NCBI GenBank assembly: GCA_003151815.1 | Contig: PLYN01000040.1 | Span: forward strand, 5,859-69,858 | Direction of reading: 5' to 3' | Source of the DNA: Bacteroidota bacterium | GTDB taxonomy: Bacteria; Bacteroidota; Bacteroidia; 2-12-FULL-35-15 | Length of the DNA: 64,000 nt | Shown: piece after piece, positions 59,013-64,000 of the stretch | Position numbering within the stretch: the first letter of the stretch is position 1 | Layout of the letters: every line of letters starts with the position of its first letter | The notes under the pieces: generated by a model | Seen by the model: only the letters and a program-made list of their open reading frames with translations | Told to the model about the DNA's origin: nothing | Database searches by the model: none | Translations under genes and position numbers: made by a program

Positions 59013-59762
59013 ATGACAACAGAAAACAACTTTACAGCAACAGCAGAAACTATTAAGGAAAATATAACTAATGGTATGCGATGGATGTTAGATGCTAACG
59101 GAAAATTAGTTGAAACGCAACAGCAACAAATGAAAACCGCAACCGATCTATTAAACGAAGCTTTAAAAACTTCTCAACTGGACGGTTCTTTAAATCTTGA
59201 TAATTCTTTCGGTGCTTCAAGTAAAGCTTTGGCTGAACTTTTAAGAAAAAACAATGAATCTTTTACAAATTTGTTGAGTACAACTATGAAGCCGGTGGCT
59301 GAGTTTGCCAGTAATTCCGGTAGAGAATCATTTACAAAAGAAATCAAAAAACAAATTGATTCTTTAAATAAACAAACATCTGAATTGGCTGAAGTTAATC
59401 AAGCCAATTTTGATATTATAATTAAACAATTAGAGGCGAATACAAAATCTTTCACTCCTTTAACTGAGCAATTTCAAAAAGAATTGCAAACCATCGTTTC
59501 GTCTTCCAATGAAACAATGAAAAAAATAATTGATTCATATACTTCTTTCGTATCTCCCTTAATTGCTTCCAATAAAGATATATTTGAGAAATTTAATGAT
59601 CAAATTAAAACGAATATGAATGCTAATATTAAATTTTGGTCTGATACTATGAATTTAAATATTCCATCAAAAGAAAAAACGAACGAAACCAAAGCAGATA
59701 AAGAGAAATTAGAAAATTCTGAAAGTCTTAGCAAAAGAAAACATGCAAATATGGCTGTTTGA
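59013..59762 (+). CDS. Hypothetical helical protein rich in N/Q/S/T/K
   Basis: 249-aa ORF, 41 nt after the previous gene. Confidence 0.45.
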   Translation: MTTENNFTATAETIKENITNGMRWMLDANGKLVETQQQQMKTATDLLNEALKTSQLDGSLNLDNSFGASSKALAELLRKNNESFTNLLSTTMKPVAEFASNSGRESFTKEIKKQIDSLNKQTSELAEVNQANFDIIIKQLEANTKSFTPLTEQFQKELQTIVSSSNETMKKIIDSYTSFVSPLIASNKDIFEKFNDQIKTNMNANIKFWSDTMNLNIPSKEKTNETKADKEKLENSESLSKRKHANMAV

Positions 59763-59906
59763 TTTAGTGATTTGATTTAATTTTTTCAAAATAAATTTCA
59801 AGTTTTTCTTTTTTGTAAAAATGGCAATAGGATTTCCTGTTGCCATTTTTACCTTCTTATACTAACCTTTTCAGTTATTCTTTATCAATAATATCTTGAA
59901 CGAAAA

Positions 59907-60161
59907 ATGAAAAAAATATCATTATTTCTTTTTGTCATACTTATTTCAATGTTGAATTCGAAAATTGCAGATGCACAATATGATAGTTTCTCCAATTCGC
60001 CTGTTGCAGTTTTCCCTCCTTCAGGAGTTTTTTTGCATCGTAAAGCTAAGCCAGAGCCACAAAAAGAGAAAAAAGACGCGATGAAGGAGAAGAAAGAAAT
60101 AAAGAAGGAGAAAAAAGATGAAAAAAAAGCTGAAAAGAAACCTGAGCCGGCTAAAAATTAA
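59907..60161 (+). CDS. Small secreted Lys/Glu-rich protein
   Basis: Signal peptide, then AQYDSFSNSPVAVFPP, then KEKK repeats. Confidence 0.5.
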   Translation: MKKISLFLFVILISMLNSKIADAQYDSFSNSPVAVFPPSGVFLHRKAKPEPQKEKKDAMKEKKEIKKEKKDEKKAEKKPEPAKN

Positions 60162-60230
60162 AGTTGTAATGCCTGTTAAATTTTAGTAAGTCATTCGCAG
60201 TTCGCTTCTTTGTTTTTTTTTTATTAATTT

Positions 60231-60390
60231 ATACCAAAGTGAATTATAAAATAGTTTTTTATTTTTGACCTCAGCCCAATCCCTATCAGCCTCATCCGTC
60301 CTTCGGACACCTTCTCCTTTTGGAGAAGGGAATCGGAATTAATTTTCTGGAGAAGGGGAAATTAGATTATTTTATAATTCACATTGGTAT
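60231..60390. repeat. MITE-like unit with a 23-bp terminal inverted repeat (1 mismatch)
   Basis: ataccaaagtgaattataaaata (60231-60253) faces tattttataattcacattggtat (60368-60390). An internal hairpin ctccttttggagaagg is present. Confidence 0.7.
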
Positions 60391-60420
60391 TAAATATTTT
60401 TAGTAGAAGGAAATTTAAAA

Positions 60421-60999
60421 TTATATCTTATTATCAGCACACCATTTTTCTATATTAATCACATCGGCTTGCCTTGGAAAAATTTTGGTTGTAAGCACAC
60501 GATGAACTTCCTCGTCCATATCTGCACAGCAATCAGAAAAAACAGTTATTACATAATCCTTGTCAGCTGCTTCACGCAAGGTCGATAATACGACTCCGCT
60601 AGTTGAAATGCCGGAAAGCAAAAGATGTTTTATTCCAAACGACCTGAGTATTATTTCCAGATCACTGCCTGTAAAAGCACTCGTTCTTTTTTTTGTTATG
60701 ATAACATCGCCCGGTTGTGGTGCAACGGATGCATGAACTTGAAAAGCCTCTTCCATATCTAAATTCATAGTTCCATTTTTTAACAGCGCAAAAGATTTGT
60801 TATTCGGACTAACTTCAGGATACCCTTTTCTAAAACCTATTACTATATATATAACAGGTATTTTATTGCTACGTGCCGTTTGTATGGCTTTGGTAATAGA
60901 ATTAATAAAAGGCATGGCATCCTTTAGCATCTTTACGGTAGCACTCTGAACGTCCATCACTAACAATGCTGTGTTTTGATTCTTATTGTTTTGTTCCAT
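60421..60999 (-). CDS. Isochorismatase-family hydrolase
   Basis: ALLVMDVQ ... KKRTSAFTGSDL ... LLLSGISTSGVVLST. The usual catalytic Cys position is not Cys. Confidence 0.75.
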   Translation of the reverse strand: MEQNNKNQNTALLVMDVQSATVKMLKDAMPFINSITKAIQTARSNKIPVIYIVIGFRKGYPEVSPNNKSFALLKNGTMNLDMEEAFQVHASVAPQPGDVIITKKRTSAFTGSDLEIILRSFGIKHLLLSGISTSGVVLSTLREAADKDYVITVFSDCCADMDEEVHRVLTTKIFPRQADVINIEKWCADNKI

Positions 61000-61017
61000 G
61001 CTTTATAGTTTTAATTA

Positions 61018-62283
61018 TTAATTTAAATTTACTGAAGGGTCTTCTAATTCTACAAGTTTTATTTTATCTTTTTCTTTTAAAATATCATTTCTAAAAAATG
61101 GAATAAATGAAATAGCGATTAGTATGGCTGCGATTCCTTCGGCTAAAATGGTATTGGGTGCGCCAATATATTGCGAAACTGTTCCGATCAATAATCCACC
61201 CAGGGGCTGCATCCCAAAAAATGCCATTGCAAAATAACTGATAACCCTTCCTCTCATCTCTGCAGATACTGTTGTTTGTATAATGGTATTGCTGATAGTT
61301 GTTTGAGACATCATTCCAAAACCAGCCAACATGGCAAAAAACAAGGCAAGCGGAAAATTAGTCATGTGTGAAAATAAAACCAATCCGGCACCAAAGATGA
61401 ATAAATTGATAAATAAGATCTTTTTTAAATTGACACCTGCCTTTAATGACGCTAAGAAAAAAGCCCCTCCCACAGCTCCAAGCCCGATAAAACTATTCAA
61501 ATAACCGAAAGTGGAAGCATTTCCTTTAAATATAACCTTGGCATAAACAGGAAGCAAAGTGGCAAAAGGCAGGACCAATAAACTGGTACATGCAAGCAAT
61601 AAAATTACAAAACCAATGGAAGGAGTATGCTTTAAATATTCCCACCCTTCTTTAAATTCTTTGATTACTTTTTTTGTATGCACTTGAGGAATAAATTTGG
61701 GAAGTCGCATCAATAATAAGGATGCTATAACTGCTATAAAACTAAAAGCGTTTATCAGAAAACAAATTCCTGCACCAAATTTTTCTAACACAACACCTGA
61801 AATTGCTGGTCCAATGAGCCATGCTAAATTTACCATAGACGAATTGAGTGCAATGGCATTCGGCAAATCGTCCTTATAATCAACTATCTCGTGCACCATA
61901 GATTGCCTTGCAGGTACATCAAAAGCATTGATTATGCCCAGCAATACACTAAGTGCAAATATTTTCCATAAAGTATATTGAGTAAACATCACCATAAAAG
62001 CAAGCAAAGCAGCTTGAATTAAGGAAGCTATTTGTGTAAAAAGCAATACATGATAGCGATTATATCTGTCGGATATTACTCCGCCAATAGGAGAAAATAA
62101 AAAGGATGGGAATTGTGCTGCAAATACAGCTAAGCCTAACATAAAAGCGGAATGGGTTTGTACATAAATAAGCCAGTATATTGCTGTTCGCTGCATCCAT
62201 GTTCCTATCAGCGAAATTGATTGTCCGGAAAAATATAATCTATAGTTGCGGCTGCGAAATGCTTTAAATATATTTATGTCCAT
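61018..62283 (-). CDS. MFS transporter (EntS/YbdA-like subfamily by N-terminal pattern)
   Basis: FRSRNYRLYFSGQSISLIGTWMQ; 12 TM helices. Confidence 0.75.
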   Translation of the reverse strand: MDINIFKAFRSRNYRLYFSGQSISLIGTWMQRTAIYWLIYVQTHSAFMLGLAVFAAQFPSFLFSPIGGVISDRYNRYHVLLFTQIASLIQAALLAFMVMFTQYTLWKIFALSVLLGIINAFDVPARQSMVHEIVDYKDDLPNAIALNSSMVNLAWLIGPAISGVVLEKFGAGICFLINAFSFIAVIASLLLMRLPKFIPQVHTKKVIKEFKEGWEYLKHTPSIGFVILLLACTSLLVLPFATLLPVYAKVIFKGNASTFGYLNSFIGLGAVGGAFFLASLKAGVNLKKILFINLFIFGAGLVLFSHMTNFPLALFFAMLAGFGMMSQTTISNTIIQTTVSAEMRGRVISYFAMAFFGMQPLGGLLIGTVSQYIGAPNTILAEGIAAILIAISFIPFFRNDILKEKDKIKLVELEDPSVNLN

Positions 62284-62397
62284 TTATTTTAAATCAACCA
62301 CTTTTTCTAAAATTACTTTATTATTATTAATCGCACAAATAATAATGTAGTGGTTTATCTGAATATTAGATTCTACAGGTATCAGTCAGTTTTATTT

Positions 62398-62796
62398 TTA
62401 ATTAACAGGAGTGATACCATCAACACCAATGTTAGGCGGTATTGTTGGAACTGTCGGAGGAAAATTTGAAGGCTTTGCGGGCATAGATACCGGAGCAGTT
62501 GTGTTATCTATTTCGGGATTTATTTCAATATTTTCAGAAGGAGGCGTGCTATTTATTAAAGGATTCGGTTCAATATTTTCAAGAGGCGGAGTGGGGCTTA
62601 TTCCCGGATTTACCAGAGTATTATCCGGTGTTGGAGGTACAAAATCAGGCACAGGAGTTGGAGGCACAACAACCGGTGGCGGCGGAGGAAATACCGGAAC
62701 GGGTGAATTATAAAATTCACCATATTGTGCATACGCAACTTTTGGAATGAGTGATGATGTAAATACAATACACACTATTAATAACAATTGTTTCAT
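62398..62796 (-). CDS. Small secreted Pro-rich protein
   Basis: Signal peptide, then AQYGEFYNSPVPVFPPPPP, then Pro-rich repeats (PPLENIEPNP / PPSENIEINP). Confidence 0.5.
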   Translation of the reverse strand: MKQLLLIVCIVFTSSLIPKVAYAQYGEFYNSPVPVFPPPPPVVVPPTPVPDFVPPTPDNTLVNPGISPTPPLENIEPNPLINSTPPSENIEINPEIDNTTAPVSMPAKPSNFPPTVPTIPPNIGVDGITPVN

Positions 62797-62851
62797 CTGA
62801 AAATAATTTGAGATTTGAGTAAAATATATTTTGTTTTATGTTTTATCGATT

Positions 62852-63256
62852 TTAAATTTTATGTTTTTGATTCATCTTCATATTGTTCTCAATATATCTT
62901 CTTACATTTTCATTTTCAATCATTTTTGTACACGTTTTATCACAAACAGCACTATCCGTTCCCATCTTTTTTATCAGGCTATTTGACAAATCTTTAATTA
63001 TTTGTGGATTATTATTTATTAGGCTATCCATCATTTTTTCTGATGTGCAGATCATATTCATTGCTGAACTGTTTGTCATCATCATTTTATTCATAAATTT
63101 TGATAAATGTTCTTTGTTACTAATAATTGCCGAATATATCTCATTTTCAATTTTTGTATTTTCAAGTAATTCTTCAGCGCTTTTTTCCCTTCGAGAATTA
63201 CAACTTATTGTCATAATTTCTATGAATAGAATTAGAATAAAAATAGTTTTTTTCAT
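62852..63256 (-). CDS. Hypothetical Met-rich lipoprotein
   Basis: Signal sequence ending in TISC; 134 aa. Confidence 0.45.
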   Translation of the reverse strand: MKKTIFILILFIEIMTISCNSRREKSAEELLENTKIENEIYSAIISNKEHLSKFMNKMMMTNSSAMNMICTSEKMMDSLINNNPQIIKDLSNSLIKKMGTDSAVCDKTCTKMIENENVRRYIENNMKMNQKHKI

Positions 63257-63565
63257 TTTGATAATGTTTGTAGTTGATTATTCCCTCAAATAAGATTCTG
63301 GAATTTATTCGTATTTAGCTTATGAATATCTGATCTTTGTATCCTGCAAAGATCTCCCTGATTTTTTTATTTAAAAATGATGCATCTCATTAATAGTACT
63401 GATGATTATCATTATTTGGCTACCATACCAAATTATAACATATTTATCCCAATGTTATGATTCCTATCACCTATCGCTTTGACGATTATCATTGGGTCAG
63501 TATGATTTAGGAATTTACTTTGTAAGCATAAATTATTTATTAATTATTAATCAAAAACTAACAAA

Positions 63566-64000
63566 ATGAAAACAGATTCAGAAATTCAAAAAGATGTAAT
63601 GGAAGAGTTAAAATGGGAGCCATTCTTAAATTCTTCAGAAATTGGTGTAGCGGTAAAAAATGGAGTGGTAACCCTTTCCGGGTTGGTTGACACATATTCA
63701 AAAAAGATTTCGGCAGAAAAAGCTGCAAAACGAGTTGCAGGGGTAAAAGCTGTTGCTGAAGATATTAAGATCAGGTTAGCCGGTATGGGAAAAAAGAGTG
63801 ATACAGAAGTTGCTGAAGCATTGCTGAATGCCCTAAAATGGCATAGTGCCCTCCAAGAAGATAAAGTCAAATTAAAAGTAGAAGATGGCTGGGTAACTAT
63901 TGATGGAGAAGTAGAGTGGGAGTTCCAGAAAAATGCTGTAGGTAGCGCAGCAGAAAATTTATTGGGGGTAATTGGAGTAAGTAATAATATTAAAATAATT
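63566..64000 (+). CDS. BON-domain (OsmY-like) protein, 3' end beyond the window
   Basis: Manual translation from the ATG at 63566: MKTDSEIQKDVMEELKWEPFLNSSEIGVAVKNGVVTLSGLVDTYSKKISAEKAAKRVAGVKAVAEDIKI... It stays open to 64000 (145 codons). Missing from the ORF track because no stop lies in the window. Confidence 0.8.
   Translation, partial: MKTDSEIQKDVMEELKWEPFLNSSEIGVAVKNGVVTLSGLVDTYSKKISAEKAAKRVAGVKAVAEDIKIRLAGMGKKSDTEVAEALLNALKWHSALQEDKVKLKVEDGWVTIDGEVEWEFQKNAVGSAAENLLGVIGVSNNIKII

Noticed and set aside
63586-63870. 94-aa minus-strand ORF from the track.
   Set aside because: It is antisense to a much better BON-domain reading frame that starts at 63566 and stays open to the window end.

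Overview
AT-rich Bacteroidota-type chromosome segment. This is supported by repeated -7 'TAnnTTTG' promoter boxes, tightly packed genes and a typical housekeeping set: recO, pepT, coaD, pyrE, birA, rsfS, ftsH, cdsA, gdh, der and era. Roughly 1-36.9 kb and 56.6-64 kb look like core genome. Between an initiator tRNA-fMet (36946-37018) and an Old-Yellow-Enzyme gene (56615-57685) lies a ~19 kb accessory island. It opens with a large serine recombinase whose ORF reads antisense into the tRNA. The island carries: (i) a same-strand block of a HamA-like DUF1837 nuclease, a Ski2-like DEAH helicase (Hachiman-like pair), a C-terminally truncated orphan HsdM-type methylase and a 1522-aa GHKL-ATPase/DUF3883-nuclease giant; (ii) a HEPN-like small protein next to a pRiA4b-ORF3-like protein; (iii) a DUF262 gene fragment; (iv) a tripartite HipB/HipS/HipT-like module; (v) an EamA transporter bracketed by direct repeats. 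The best candidate for something undescribed is the helicase/methylase/giant ATPase-nuclease block, especially the 1522-aa protein. Elsewhere there are two ParE/RelE-type TA pairs. One sits in a 729-bp insertion that duplicated the 3' end of pepT. There is also a five-gene GT2 + methyltransferase + three polytopic membrane protein operon. Intergenic regions hold several families of hairpin repeats ('word hairpins', REP-like palindromes, MITE-like units with unique terminal inverted repeats). No rRNA, CRISPR array, transposase or phage structural gene was seen. All functional calls come from reading motifs in the translations; no database search was run.
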